A DNA stretch of 64,000 nt from positions 320,001-384,000 of the forward strand of contig CAWIYV010000014.1 of the NCBI GenBank assembly GCA_963840455.1. Reading direction: 5' to 3'. This document shows positions 18,442 to 28,127 of this stretch, in pieces. The notes beneath the pieces were generated by a model, which ran no database searches, was not told the DNA's origin, and worked only from the letters and a program-made list of their open reading frames with translations. Position numbers and translations under genes: made by a program. Source of the stretch: Nitrospirota bacterium (GTDB lineage Bacteria > Nitrospirota > UBA9217). Numbering within the stretch: position 1 is the first letter of the stretch; every line of letters starts with the position of its first letter.

Positions 18442-19410
18442 TTAGAACCCCGTGACGCCCGGGCCGTCCGTCTCCTCGGCAAAGGCGGTCAGGACGGCAT
18501 CCTTGAAGGGCGTTTTGGTGATAGGCACATACTGGTCGATGCGGTTGTCCTTGCAGACGACCTCGTTCCGAAGCCCCTCGATGAGCGGATGGGCGATGCC
18601 CGAGGGCACGGGCGTCACCAGGTCGACCCAGTAGGCTGAGAGCATCGGCGTCAGCACGGGTACGCGGACGATGAACCGTTTCGCCAGGCCTCGGGCTTCG
18701 GCGTACTTCTGCATCATCTCCACGTAGGTGAAGATATCGCTCCCGCCGACGTCGAAGTCCTGGCCAGCGGTCTCCGGTTTCAGCAGACAGCCGACGAGAT
18801 AAGCGAGCACATCTTTGATGGCGATGGGCTGGATGCGCGTCTCGACCCACTTGGGTGTGATCATGATCGGCAGGCGCTCTACCAGGTAGCGCAGCATCTC
18901 GTAGGACGCGCCGCCGGCGCCAATGATGATGGCTGCGCGCAGGACCGTTGCCGAGGGCTTCCCCGATGATATGATCTTCGCGATCTCAGCGCGGCTCCTG
19001 AGGTGTTCGGAGAGGGTGTCCTTGGTCTCGCCAAGCCCGCCAAGGTAGATGACGCGCTTCAGGCCTTCTGCGCCGGCCGCTGCAATGAAGTTCTTTGCCG
19101 CGATCCGGTCCTTTTCGGCATATTCCTCGTTCTTGAACAGGGTCTTCCCGCCCATAGAGTGGACGAGGTAGTAAGCCGTGTGAATGCCGCGGAGAGCTTC
19201 AGCGAGCCCGGCATTCGTCACGAGGTCACTCTGCACCACCTCGATGTCCGCCCCCTTGATGATGAGCGGGGTGGCCTTCGCAAGTTCGCGCACCAGCAGG
19301 CGCAGCCTGATGTTCTTCTTCACCAGCTCCGGGATGAGGCGCTTGCCGACAAAACCCGTGGCGCCGATGATCAGGACGCGGTCCGATGAGGTGAGAGCGG
19401 GCGGGACCAT
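18442..19410 (-). CDS. NAD(P)-binding atypical SDR (YbjT-like)
   Basis: IGATGFVG, AYYLVHSM, SEHLRSRAE, LRAAIIIGAGGASYEMLRYLVERLP. Confidence 0.88.
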   Translation of the reverse strand: MVPPALTSSDRVLIIGATGFVGKRLIPELVKKNIRLRLLVRELAKATPLIIKGADIEVVQSDLVTNAGLAEALRGIHTAYYLVHSMGGKTLFKNEEYAEKDRIAAKNFIAAAGAEGLKRVIYLGGLGETKDTLSEHLRSRAEIAKIISSGKPSATVLRAAIIIGAGGASYEMLRYLVERLPIMITPKWVETRIQPIAIKDVLAYLVGCLLKPETAGQDFDVGGSDIFTYVEMMQKYAEARGLAKRFIVRVPVLTPMLSAYWVDLVTPVPSGIAHPLIEGLRNEVVCKDNRIDQYVPITKTPFKDAVLTAFAEETDGPGVTGF

Positions 19411-19473
19411 GGTTAAGATTAGCATAGCAGCAGGGTATTATCAAGGAACGCGGTCGGAGAATAATTACTTCAA

Positions 19474-19519
19474 CCTTGAGGATCGAAGCTCCATGCAGTT
19501 TGCTGCAGGAAACTTCATT
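19474..19519 (-). repeat. Left-half fragment of the 112-bp element
   Basis: Reverse complement aatgaagtttcctgcagcaaactgcatggagcttcgatcctcaagg shares ctgcatggagcttcgatcctca with array units 2-4. Confidence 0.75.
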
Positions 19520-19584
19520 GCCGGCATGCTATAATGGTTCCAAGTTACACGATCCGTCTGGCCCCGAAAGGATGAGTAATAATT

Positions 19585-20370
19585 ATGCAGGATGCAGTGC
19601 TCGTGGCAACTTCAGCGGTCCTTGTCTACATGCTTATCTGGTTCATCGTATCGCTTGTACTGAAGCGGAACGATGTGGCAGATATTGCCTGGGGAGGCGG
19701 TTTCATCGTGGCAGCATTTGCCGCTTTCGTATATCATGGCGCCGCGACGCCGCGAGCGCTTCTCGTCTTAGCGCTCGTGACTGTTTGGGGCCTTAGGCTG
19801 GCGTTGCACATCGGCCTGCGGAACCGGGGCAAGGCTGAGGACGCAAGATACCGGATGTGGCGTGAGGAGTGGGGGAAGCATGCCACTCTCCGCTCCTTCT
19901 TCCAAATATACCTCCTGCAGGGGATGCTGCTGGTAATCATCTCCATCCCCGTGTTGAAGGCCGTCACCACGCCGGCCGGCAGCCTCACGGCGTTTGATGT
20001 CTTTGGCATGCTCGTCTGGGTCGCAGGCTTCCTGTTCGAGGCATTCGCCGACTGGCAGCTTCTGCAGTTCAAGAAGGAACCGGGCAACAAAGGCCGGATC
20101 ATCACGACCGGGCTCTGGCGGTTCAGCCGGCACCCGAACTACTTCGGAGAGGTGACGATCTGGTGGGGCATTTACCTCATTGCCCTTGCTGTCCCCGGCG
20201 GGTGGATGACCGTTATCGGGCCCATGACAATCACGGCCCTGATCCTCGGTGTGTCCGGCATCCCGATGCTCGAGAAGAAGTATGAGGGAAATAGGGAATT
20301 CGATGAGTATAAGCGCCGCACCAGTGCGTTCTTCCCGCTGCCGCCGAAGACATTAACGATAGCATCATAA
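19585..20370 (+). CDS. DUF1295 (steroid 5-alpha-reductase-like) membrane protein
   Basis: DIAWG, EDARY, ADWQL..FK, GLWRFSRHPNYFGE. Confidence 0.92.
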   Translation: MQDAVLVATSAVLVYMLIWFIVSLVLKRNDVADIAWGGGFIVAAFAAFVYHGAATPRALLVLALVTVWGLRLALHIGLRNRGKAEDARYRMWREEWGKHATLRSFFQIYLLQGMLLVIISIPVLKAVTTPAGSLTAFDVFGMLVWVAGFLFEAFADWQLLQFKKEPGNKGRIITTGLWRFSRHPNYFGEVTIWWGIYLIALAVPGGWMTVIGPMTITALILGVSGIPMLEKKYEGNREFDEYKRRTSAFFPLPPKTLTIAS

Positions 20371-20458
20371 GAAGCTTATTGAAAGTCGATCAAGCAGTTC
20401 TCCCGGCCTCTGCGGTGAAAGGTTGAGACTTTACGTTGTTGCATACGAGGAGGTCCTC

Positions 20459-20875
20459 ATGTGGCATTCCTTCAAGGTATTCCTGTTCCTCCCGCCGCTG
20501 CTATTCGCCCTCGACTATATCTGGCTCGGCATCTTCGCTTCGAGCCTGTACAGGAAGGACCTGGGAGGTTTCCTCCGCGTCTCGGGCGACGCCATGCAGC
20601 CCATCGTCTGGGCGGCGCTGGTCGTCTACATCGCAATCCCGGCGGGCATCGTGCTGTTCGCCCTGCCCCGGGTCTCGCAGGATAACCTTGTTCCGTCGAG
20701 CCTCTTCTGGGGCGGGCTCTTCGGCCTCGTGGTGTACACCATCTACGACATGACGAACTACTCGCTGCTGCGCGACTGGCCGCTCCGGGTGTCGCTTATC
20801 GACATCTGTTGGGGCGTCTTCCTGAACGCTGTCGGGACGCTCGCCGCGGCATATCTCGACCGGTGGCTGAAGTGA
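20459..20875 (+). CDS. DUF2177 membrane protein
   Basis: LDYIWLG, YTIYDMTNYSLLRDWP, DICWG. Confidence 0.88.
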   Translation: MWHSFKVFLFLPPLLFALDYIWLGIFASSLYRKDLGGFLRVSGDAMQPIVWAALVVYIAIPAGIVLFALPRVSQDNLVPSSLFWGGLFGLVVYTIYDMTNYSLLRDWPLRVSLIDICWGVFLNAVGTLAAAYLDRWLK

Positions 20876-21471
20876 TGCTTGTCCTTCGATCGGGCGCGCC
20901 CGTTCTCCGGCACGTGCTCGTCGCCTTGGTCCTCGCGGGGACGATTCTCGTGCCCGCGCCGTCGCCTGCGGACCCCCGCGCTCAGTTTCCACCTGAGGCT
21001 GAGGTCCATGGCCAGGCGCTGCCGCTCAGGGGAACGGGCCGGCTTGTCTGGATGAAGCTCGTCACGTTCTACGACGCGGCGCTTTATCTCCCCGGGGACG
21101 CGGCGGGGAAGGACGCGCTGAAGGACGCTCCGAAACGGATCGAGCTCCGTTACCATATCTCCATCAAAGGAGAGAAATTCGGCGAGTCAGCGGAGCCGTT
21201 CCTCAAGAAGAACGTGCCAGCCGAGGTGTTGGCGGTGATCAGGCAACGGATCGAGCAGTTGAACCGGCTCTATCAGGACGTGAAGGAGGGGGACCGGTAC
21301 GCCCTCGACTACGCGCCCGGGAAGGGCACGACGCTCAGCCTGAACGGCAGCCCGCTCGGAACGATCGAGGGGGCTGATTTCGCCGCAGCCTACTTCGCCA
21401 TCTGGCTCGGGTCAAAGCCCATCAGCGATACGATGCGGGATGAACTCACGGGAACAACTACGAGGAATTGA
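20875..21471 (+). CDS. Chalcone-isomerase-fold (fatty-acid-binding) exported protein
   Basis: LRGTGRL, FYDAALY, DFAAAYFAIWLG..PIS; ATG overlaps the upstream TGA. Confidence 0.85.
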   Translation: MLVLRSGAPVLRHVLVALVLAGTILVPAPSPADPRAQFPPEAEVHGQALPLRGTGRLVWMKLVTFYDAALYLPGDAAGKDALKDAPKRIELRYHISIKGEKFGESAEPFLKKNVPAEVLAVIRQRIEQLNRLYQDVKEGDRYALDYAPGKGTTLSLNGSPLGTIEGADFAAAYFAIWLGSKPISDTMRDELTGTTTRN

Positions 21472-21472
21472 C

Positions 21473-22717
21473 ATGCGAATAGCGATCATCGGCGGCGGCA
21501 TCTCCGGGCTCGTCTCTGCCTACCTCCTGCACGGGGACCACGAGGTCACGGTCTTCGAGGCGAACGGCTACATCGGCGGCCACACGCACACCGTCGACGT
21601 GGAGCGGGAGGGGAGACGCTACGCCGTGGACACGGGCTTCATCGTCTTCAACGAGGTCACCTATCCCAACTTTGTGAAGCTCATCAACCGGCTCGGCGTT
21701 GCCTATCAGCCATCGCAGATGAACTTCAGCTGCAAGTCCGAACCCGAGGGCAGGGAATATAGCGCCCATAGCCTGAACACAATCTTCGGCCAGCGCAGGA
21801 ACCTGCTCGATCCGTCCTTCTACGCCATGGTCCGAGACATCCTTCGACTCAAAGGTGAGTTCACACGGCTGATCGAGGTTGCCGGTGATGACCGTCCCCT
21901 GGTGTCTTACCTGCGCTCCCGGGGATACTCAAAACGGTTTCTTGATTTTTTCATTGTCCCCATGGCCGCGGCCATCTGGTCCGCCGACCCGGGGAGGGTA
22001 GAGGACTTTCCGCTCCGCACCTTCGCCCGGTTCTTTCTGAACCACGGCATCCTGGAGGTCAAGAATCCCTTCGAGTGGAAGGTCATCACCGGCGGATCTG
22101 CCCGCTACGTTGAGAAACTGACCGCATCCTTCCGTGAGCACATCCGTCTGCGGACGCAGGTCAGGTCCATTCGGCGCCACGCAGACCATGTCGAGATCTT
22201 TCCGGTCAGCGGTCCTGCCGAGCGGTTCGACCACGTGGTGCTGGCCTGCCACAGCGACCAGGCCCTCGCGATGCTCGCGGACCCGTCGTCCGCGGAGCGC
22301 GAAGTGCTCGGCGCGATACCGTACCAGGAGAACCTGACGGTCCTGCACACCGACATTGCGGTCCTACCGAAACGGCGGAACCTCTGGGCGAGCTGGAACT
22401 ATCTGATCCCAAGAACGGGAATGGGCCGCGCGGTGCTCACCTACAATATGAACATCCTCCAGTCGATCATGTCACCCGAGGAGTTCTGCGTCACCCTCAA
22501 CCTGCCGGACGGCATCGAGGAGCGAAAGAAGATCGGCACGTACCGCTACCACCATCCGCAATACACGATGGCGGCACCGGCGGCGCAGCAGCGCCACGGC
22601 GAGATCAGCGGCAGGAACCGGACGCACTACTGCGGCGCCTATTGGAACTATGGGTTCCACGAGGACGGGGTGAAGAGCGCCCTGGCGGCGTGCAGGTACT
22701 TCGGGAAAAGCCTATGA
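21473..22717 (+). CDS. FAD-dependent oxidoreductase (COG2907, UfaD-like)
   Basis: IAIIGGGISGL, GGHTHT, VDTGFIVFNEVTYPNF, ACHSDQAL, YCGAYWNYGFHEDG. Confidence 0.9.
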   Translation: MRIAIIGGGISGLVSAYLLHGDHEVTVFEANGYIGGHTHTVDVEREGRRYAVDTGFIVFNEVTYPNFVKLINRLGVAYQPSQMNFSCKSEPEGREYSAHSLNTIFGQRRNLLDPSFYAMVRDILRLKGEFTRLIEVAGDDRPLVSYLRSRGYSKRFLDFFIVPMAAAIWSADPGRVEDFPLRTFARFFLNHGILEVKNPFEWKVITGGSARYVEKLTASFREHIRLRTQVRSIRRHADHVEIFPVSGPAERFDHVVLACHSDQALAMLADPSSAEREVLGAIPYQENLTVLHTDIAVLPKRRNLWASWNYLIPRTGMGRAVLTYNMNILQSIMSPEEFCVTLNLPDGIEERKKIGTYRYHHPQYTMAAPAAQQRHGEISGRNRTHYCGAYWNYGFHEDGVKSALAACRYFGKSL

Positions 22718-22763
22718 TTGTTATTTACCGTGAGGGCGCTAAGGACGCGAAGGTTCGAATGTT

Positions 22764-22821
22764 GTAGGGGCGGCCTTGCGTGGCCGCCCTGATCAGGGTA
22801 ACCACATAGGGTTACCCCTAC
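22764..22821. repeat. GTAG-type REP doublet nested in a nonamer-repeat pair (22727-22862)
   Basis: GTAGgggcggccttgcgtggccgccc ... agggtaaccacatagggttacccCTAC. Confidence 0.75.
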
Positions 22822-22894
22822 GGGAAATGAATTCCTTCTGGCTTTGAGAGCCTTAGCGGTTCAATTATTTTGAATGAGCAGTCGAGGTTATTTC

Positions 22895-23638
22895 ATGAAC
22901 AGCTGCATCTATGAAGGCGAGGTCCGCCACGCCCGGTACCGGCCGAAGGAGAACAGCTTCCGCACTTCGGTCTTCTTCCTCTCCCTGGACCTGGTTGAGC
23001 TGGACACCGTGTTCAACGGCCGGTGGTTCTGGTCAGCAAGGGGATTTAATCTCGCGTACCTTCGGCGAAAGGACCATTTCGGCGACCCGTCGGTGACCAT
23101 CGACGAGGCGGTGAGGGCGCTCGTTCAGCAGAGGACCGGTAGACAACCCGCGGGACCGGTCAGAATGATGACGCATCTCCGTTACCTGGGCCACAACTTC
23201 AATCCCGCGACCTTCTACTACTGCTACGATGCCGCAGGCAGCCGGGTCGAGACCATCGTGGTGGAGGTGCACAACACGCCATGGGGCGAGGTCCATTGCT
23301 ATGTCGTGGATGAACGTGATAATATCGGCACGCGGGAGCAGAAGCGGTTCCGGCTGAAGAAGGACTTCACCGTGTCTCCGTTCATGCCCATGGACCTGGA
23401 CTACGAGTGGACCTTCACGGAGCCGGGAACCACGGTGAACGTGCACATGGAGGACTTCGACAAGGAAGGCAGGATATTTGAGGCCGAACTGATGGCTAAT
23501 CGGCGGGAGATCACGGGCAGTTCACTAGCCCGCATGTGGCTCAAGTATCCCCTGGTGACGCTCAAGGTGATCGCCGGCATCTACTGGCAGGCGTTCCGGC
23601 TCTGGAGAAAGGGCGTGCCGTTCTACGGCCACGCGTAA
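22895..23638 (+). CDS. DUF1365 protein (UfaO-like)
   Basis: GEVRHARYRP, RYLGHNFNPATFYYC, EVHNTPWGE, KDFTVSPFMPMD, IYWQAFRLWRKG. Confidence 0.92.
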   Translation: MNSCIYEGEVRHARYRPKENSFRTSVFFLSLDLVELDTVFNGRWFWSARGFNLAYLRRKDHFGDPSVTIDEAVRALVQQRTGRQPAGPVRMMTHLRYLGHNFNPATFYYCYDAAGSRVETIVVEVHNTPWGEVHCYVVDERDNIGTREQKRFRLKKDFTVSPFMPMDLDYEWTFTEPGTTVNVHMEDFDKEGRIFEAELMANRREITGSSLARMWLKYPLVTLKVIAGIYWQAFRLWRKGVPFYGHA

Positions 23639-23786
23639 GACCAAAGGACAAAGCACAAGCGCAGTTGGTTACGGATGGACACGGATCACACGGATAGATA
23701 GTATCGCATGGATCCACATGCTTCCTTTTATCTTTGTCCATCCGTGGTGCAATTCGTTCAGACGTACATTTTAGAGAGGTCGATCC

Positions 23787-25070
23787 ATGAACGGTTCGGT
23801 CATTCCTTCCCGCTCTACACCCGGCACGCGCATCGTGCCGGTCGGACTTGCGGGCAAGCTCACGGGGTTCGCCCGTAGGGCGGTGTTCTCCCATCTCAGG
23901 AAGATCGAGCGGGGCTCGGTCACCGTCATAGAGGGAAACGATCGCCGGGCCTTCGGCAGGCAGGACGGCCTTGCCGCCACGATCACGGTCCACGATCCCG
24001 CGTTCTACACCGACATGGCCTTCGGCGGTAGCATCGGCGCTGGCGAGGCGTACATGGCGGGGTTCTGGTCGGTCGACGACCTGACCACGCTCGTCAGGAT
24101 CATCGTGCTGAACCGGCGCGTGCTGACGGACATTGAGGGGGGGCTGGCGGCCTTCCTGCAGCCCCTGCACTGGCTGATGCACGCGTTCCGGAAAAATACC
24201 CAGGCGGGCAGCAGGAAGAACATATCCGCCCACTACGACCTGGGGAACGACTTCTACAGCCTCTGGCTCGACTCCACCATGACCTATTCGTGCAACATTT
24301 TCGAGGCTGACGGCGCGACGCTCGAGGAGGCGGCGACGGAGAAATACGACCGCATCTGCAGAAAGCTGGCCCTGAGCCGCAAGGACCACGTCCTCGAGAT
24401 CGGTACGGGCTGGGGCGGATTCGCGGTCCACGCAGTCAAGCGCTACGGATGCAGGGTCACGACCACGACCATCTCGCAACAGCAGCACGACTGGGCAAAG
24501 GAGCTGTTCGCGCGGGAAGGGGTCGCCGACCGCGTGGAGCTTTTGTTCGAGGACTACCGGGACCTCACGGGGAAATACGACAAGCTTGTGTCCATCGAGA
24601 TGATCGAGGCAGTGGGGCATCACTTCCTCGACACCTACCTTAAGGTCTGCGCGGACCGGCTGAAGGACGAAGGCATCATGGCGCTCCAGGCCATCACCAT
24701 CGCGGACCAGGCCTATGAGGCGCAGATCAGGTCGGTCGATTTCATCCGGCGATACATCTTCCCCGGCGGGTTCATACCGTCCATCACGGCCATAACCCGG
24801 TCCCTGGCAAAAGTGACCGATCTGCGGCTCTTCCACCTCGAGGACCTGACGCCGCACTACGCCCGGACGCTCCAGGTCTGGCGGGACCGGTTCTTCGCGA
24901 ACATTGATGCGGTCCGGAAGCTCGGCTATCCCGAGACCTTTATCAGGATGTGGGAGTACTACCTCTGCTACTGCGAGGGAGCGTTCCGGGAGCGGTACAT
25001 CGGCAGTGCGCAGATGGTCCTCACCAAGCCCGATTGCCAGAGCGACTCGCTCCTGCCGAAGCTTTTGTGA
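23787..25070 (+). CDS. Cyclopropane-fatty-acyl-phospholipid synthase family methyltransferase (UfaM-like)
   Basis: NISAHYDLGNDFY, LEIGTGWGG, SIEMIEAVG, FIRRYIFPGG, MWEYYLCYCEGAF. Confidence 0.93.
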   Translation: MNGSVIPSRSTPGTRIVPVGLAGKLTGFARRAVFSHLRKIERGSVTVIEGNDRRAFGRQDGLAATITVHDPAFYTDMAFGGSIGAGEAYMAGFWSVDDLTTLVRIIVLNRRVLTDIEGGLAAFLQPLHWLMHAFRKNTQAGSRKNISAHYDLGNDFYSLWLDSTMTYSCNIFEADGATLEEAATEKYDRICRKLALSRKDHVLEIGTGWGGFAVHAVKRYGCRVTTTTISQQQHDWAKELFAREGVADRVELLFEDYRDLTGKYDKLVSIEMIEAVGHHFLDTYLKVCADRLKDEGIMALQAITIADQAYEAQIRSVDFIRRYIFPGGFIPSITAITRSLAKVTDLRLFHLEDLTPHYARTLQVWRDRFFANIDAVRKLGYPETFIRMWEYYLCYCEGAFRERYIGSAQMVLTKPDCQSDSLLPKLL

Positions 25071-25296
25071 CACGGAAAGCATGCAAGCGCAGGGTCTGAA
25101 CGCCGTTCAACTATTCAACAGAGCGATGGATGAATAAAGGTTTCCGATCAAGATAAGATCGTAATAGGTCATTCTCACGCAGAGATCACGAAGGACACAA
25201 AGAAAATAAGGAATGATCCTAAAATGAACTTCTCCGAGCCTTCGCGGCTTTGTGTGAAAAAAGATCATCAATCAACGCAGAAAAGGAGATCTCGTC

Positions 25297-25695
25297 ATGA
25301 CGATACAAGAATATTTTAATGGCAAATCGGGGACCGGCGTATTGTCCACCGCAGATTCGACGGGCAAGGTGGACGCGGCGATCTACTCGACGCCGCACGT
25401 GATGGACGATGGGACTGTGGCGTTCATCATGCGGGAGCGCCTGACGCACGAGAACCTTCGGTCGAATCCGTATGCCGTTTATCTCTTTATGGAGGACGCG
25501 CCCGGCCACAAGGGGATCCGGATCTTCCTGAAGAAGACCAGGGAGGACGACAACGCCGGGCTGATCGCGAGCATGACCCGGCGGCACTTGAGTCCCGAGC
25601 TCGACGCGCAGAAGGGCCCAAAGCACCTCGTTTACTTTACCGTCGAAAAAGTACTCCCGCTCATCGGTAGCGGCGCGGCGCCGGTGACCCTGTGA
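25297..25695 (+). CDS. Pyridoxamine 5'-phosphate oxidase-like FMN-binding protein (copy 1)
   Basis: GVLSTADSTGKVDAAIYS..HENLRSNPYA; paralog at 41005-41400. Confidence 0.85.
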   Translation: MTIQEYFNGKSGTGVLSTADSTGKVDAAIYSTPHVMDDGTVAFIMRERLTHENLRSNPYAVYLFMEDAPGHKGIRIFLKKTREDDNAGLIASMTRRHLSPELDAQKGPKHLVYFTVEKVLPLIGSGAAPVTL

Positions 25696-25771
25696 TGTCG
25701 CGGGGCAGGGGCCGCGGGCATGCGGGCAGGCAGAGGACCCGCCGAACTGAGAACACCTGTGGGAGAAATCC

Positions 25772-26344
25772 ATGAAGGCTTGGTATATGAACAGCGCGGG
25801 AGCGACGGCAGCACTGAGTTCCGTTATGGTCCTCGCGTCCGTACTGGTGTATGGCTGCGGCGCCAAGCTGCCGCCGCTCAAGACGGTCGACCGTGTCGAC
25901 ATCCCGCGCTTCATGGGGGACTGGTACGTGATCGCCAGCATCCCGACGTTCATCGAGAAGGGGGCGCATAACGCCGTCGAGTCCTACCGGCTCGATAAGG
26001 ACGGGACGATCGCCACGACCTTCACCTTCCACAAGGATGCTTTTGATGGTCCGCTCAAGACGTATACGCCCCGGGGATTCATCCAGGACAAGGCAAGCAA
26101 CGCGGTCTGGGGGATGCGCTTTGTTTGGCCCATCAAGGCGGAGTACCTCATCACGCACCTGAACGACAGCTACACGCAGACCGTCATCGGCCGGAATAAG
26201 CGGGACTATGTCTGGATCATGGCGCGCACTCCCGCCATTCCCGAGGAAGACTACGCCAGACTGGTCGCTGAGCTTGCCGTGCAGGGATACGATACCGCGC
26301 GGCTTCAGAAGGTGCCCCAGCGGTGGCCGGAGAAGCGGGAGTGA
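25772..26344 (+). CDS. Bacterial lipocalin lipoprotein (Blc-like)
   Basis: Lipobox VYGC, RFMGDWYVIA, YVWIMARTP. Confidence 0.9.
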   Translation: MKAWYMNSAGATAALSSVMVLASVLVYGCGAKLPPLKTVDRVDIPRFMGDWYVIASIPTFIEKGAHNAVESYRLDKDGTIATTFTFHKDAFDGPLKTYTPRGFIQDKASNAVWGMRFVWPIKAEYLITHLNDSYTQTVIGRNKRDYVWIMARTPAIPEEDYARLVAELAVQGYDTARLQKVPQRWPEKRE

Positions 26345-26377
26345 ACAATGGAGAACGTTAAGCGATAGCCCTCTATC

Positions 26378-26505
26378 AGGATGCTGAAAAACTAATTTCG
26401 CAGGCTAAAGCCTGCGGCTACCAAATCGAAGCGTATTGATTTCTCTCAAGGTAGCCGCACCCTTTAGGGTGCGTTTTCAGCATTTTAAGCCTTTTTCAAC
26501 AGCCT
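26378..26505. mobile_element. MITE-like unit: 14-bp terminal inverted repeats enclosing a GGTAG-type REP pair
   Basis: aggatgctgaaaaa / tttttcaacagcct (12 of 14 complementary); inner cgcaggctaaagcctgcggctacc and ggtagccgcaccctttagggtgcg. Confidence 0.6.
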
Positions 26506-26573
26506 GTTAGGCGATTGCTATTATTTCAGGACTTCCCTGAGGAGTGCTGGTGTTGTTCCCCGAAAGGACAGGC

Positions 26574-27224
26574 ATGAAAAGCCGGAACGTTCTATTCAAT
26601 CTCTATCTAATTTTCTGTGCGTTGTTCTTCGTAACTACGGGAGAGGTCATGGCACTTGAAGAGGCGAAATACACCGTGATCATGAGAGAGGGGAGCTTTG
26701 AACTGAGGCAGTACGAGCCGCATATCGTTGCCGAGACCATGGTTGAAGGGGACTATGACAAAGCGGGGAACGAAGGCTTTCGCCGGCTGTTCAAGTATAT
26801 TTCCGGGGAGAATCAGAAAAAGCAGTCCATTGCCATGACGACGCCGGTATCACAAGAGGGGGGGCCGGAGAAGATAGCCATGACGGCACCGGTCAGTCAG
26901 GAACAAACAGGCGGCCAATGGCGGATCGCATTTGTGATGCCGTCGGAATATACGCTGGACACGCTGCCGCAGCCTGTGGACCCGAAGGTCCTTCTCAAAC
27001 AGGTCCCCGCCCGCCGCATGGCGGCCATAACATACTCCGGGACATGGAGCAAGGAGAGGTATGAGGAGCATAAGGCGTTGCTGGAAGCATTCATACAAAG
27101 GAAGAAATTGCGACCCCTTGGCGATCCCGTCCTCGCGCGCTATAATTCGCCCTTTACGCTTTGGTTCCTCAGGCGTAATGAAGTGTTGATCCCGGTACAA
27201 GGGACTGATGAGGATCGCAAATAA
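26574..27224 (+). CDS. SOUL-family heme-binding protein
   Basis: EEAKYTV, GFRRLFKYISGEN, IAMTAPV, FVMPSEY, ARYNSPFTLWFLRRNEV. Confidence 0.92.
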   Translation: MKSRNVLFNLYLIFCALFFVTTGEVMALEEAKYTVIMREGSFELRQYEPHIVAETMVEGDYDKAGNEGFRRLFKYISGENQKKQSIAMTTPVSQEGGPEKIAMTAPVSQEQTGGQWRIAFVMPSEYTLDTLPQPVDPKVLLKQVPARRMAAITYSGTWSKERYEEHKALLEAFIQRKKLRPLGDPVLARYNSPFTLWFLRRNEVLIPVQGTDEDRK

Positions 27225-27290
27225 GTTGCTGCTGCGGGCGATAGGTGAAGCAGGTCACGATGGTAATTTTTCAACAGCGGGGGTGGGGAA

Positions 27291-27618
27291 ATGGTCGAGC
27301 CAGTAAGAGTATCTCCGGAAGAGACGAGGAAGAGAGTTCTCTCCGGCGCGGTGCTCCTTAGTCTGCGCGTATGACGATGACGAAAAGTTCAAACGAAATC
27401 AGCTGGAAGGCGCGATCTCATTCAAGGAATTCAAAATGAGATCCGGTTCGTTAGCAAAGGACCAGGAGATCATCTTCTATTGCGCCTGACAACAGGAGGC
27501 CAGTGCCGCCCGTCGGGCGGCAGAATATTTGGAACAAGGATTTACGAACGTCACGGTCCTCGGCGGAGGCGTCGAGGGTTGGATGCAAGCGGGGTATCCT
27601 CTTGCGCAAGGTCATTAA
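27291..27618 (+). pseudogene. Rhodanese-domain putative selenoprotein (CAU motif) interrupted by a +1 frameshift near 27355-27360
   Basis: MVEPVRVSPEETRKRVLSGAVLL / VCAYDDDEKFKRNQLEGAISFKEFKMRSGSLAKDQEIIFYCA-U-QQEASAARRAAEYLEQGFTNVTVLGGGVEGWMQAGYP; UGA 27487-27489; hairpin 27504-27522. Confidence 0.8.
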
Positions 27619-28123
27619 TTTCATCGTTTTCCAGGCGGCCTGGTTCGCCGCGGTGCTCGGCGCGGCGAACGGCATGCCGTGGCTCGGCGTCATCGCGGTC
27701 CCGCTCGCCCTTGCCCTGCACCTCGCCCTGTCGCCGGACTGGCGGCCGGAGCTGCTGCTTGCGTTGGTTGCCGCGGGCACGGGATTTGTGTTCGACTCGG
27801 TCCTCGTCGCCGCCGGCTCATTCTCGCCGATCCCCTACGTATTTCCCGCGCCCTTCAGCTCCTTGTGGATGGTCATGCTCTGGGTCAATCTCGCCACGAC
27901 GATGAATGTTTCTATGGGCTGGCTCCGCGGCCGGTACGTGCTCGGTCTTGTCTTCGGAGCGATCGGCGGTCCCCTGGCCTATTACAGCGGTGCAAAGCTC
28001 GGCGCCATGACCCGGCTGCCTGATCCCCGCGGTCTCCTGGGCATCGGTATCGCCTGGGCCATTGCGTTCCCGCTCTTGCTTGCCGTGAACGAACGTCTGC
28101 AAAAACAGGCGAAAGGAATGTGA
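27602..28123 (+). CDS. DUF2878 membrane protein (TTG start)
   Basis: NFIVFQAAWFAAV, LWVNLATT, GAIGGPLAYYSGAKLGA. Confidence 0.85.
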   Translation: MRKVINFIVFQAAWFAAVLGAANGMPWLGVIAVPLALALHLALSPDWRPELLLALVAAGTGFVFDSVLVAAGSFSPIPYVFPAPFSSLWMVMLWVNLATTMNVSMGWLRGRYVLGLVFGAIGGPLAYYSGAKLGAMTRLPDPRGLLGIGIAWAIAFPLLLAVNERLQKQAKGM

Positions 28124-28127
28124 AAAG

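Noticed and set aside
19520-19584. RpoE/ChrR-type promoter (TGATC...CGTA) upstream of the lipid cluster
   Set aside because: cgatcc...gagta has mismatches and wrong spacing, and no rpoE/chrR is in the window
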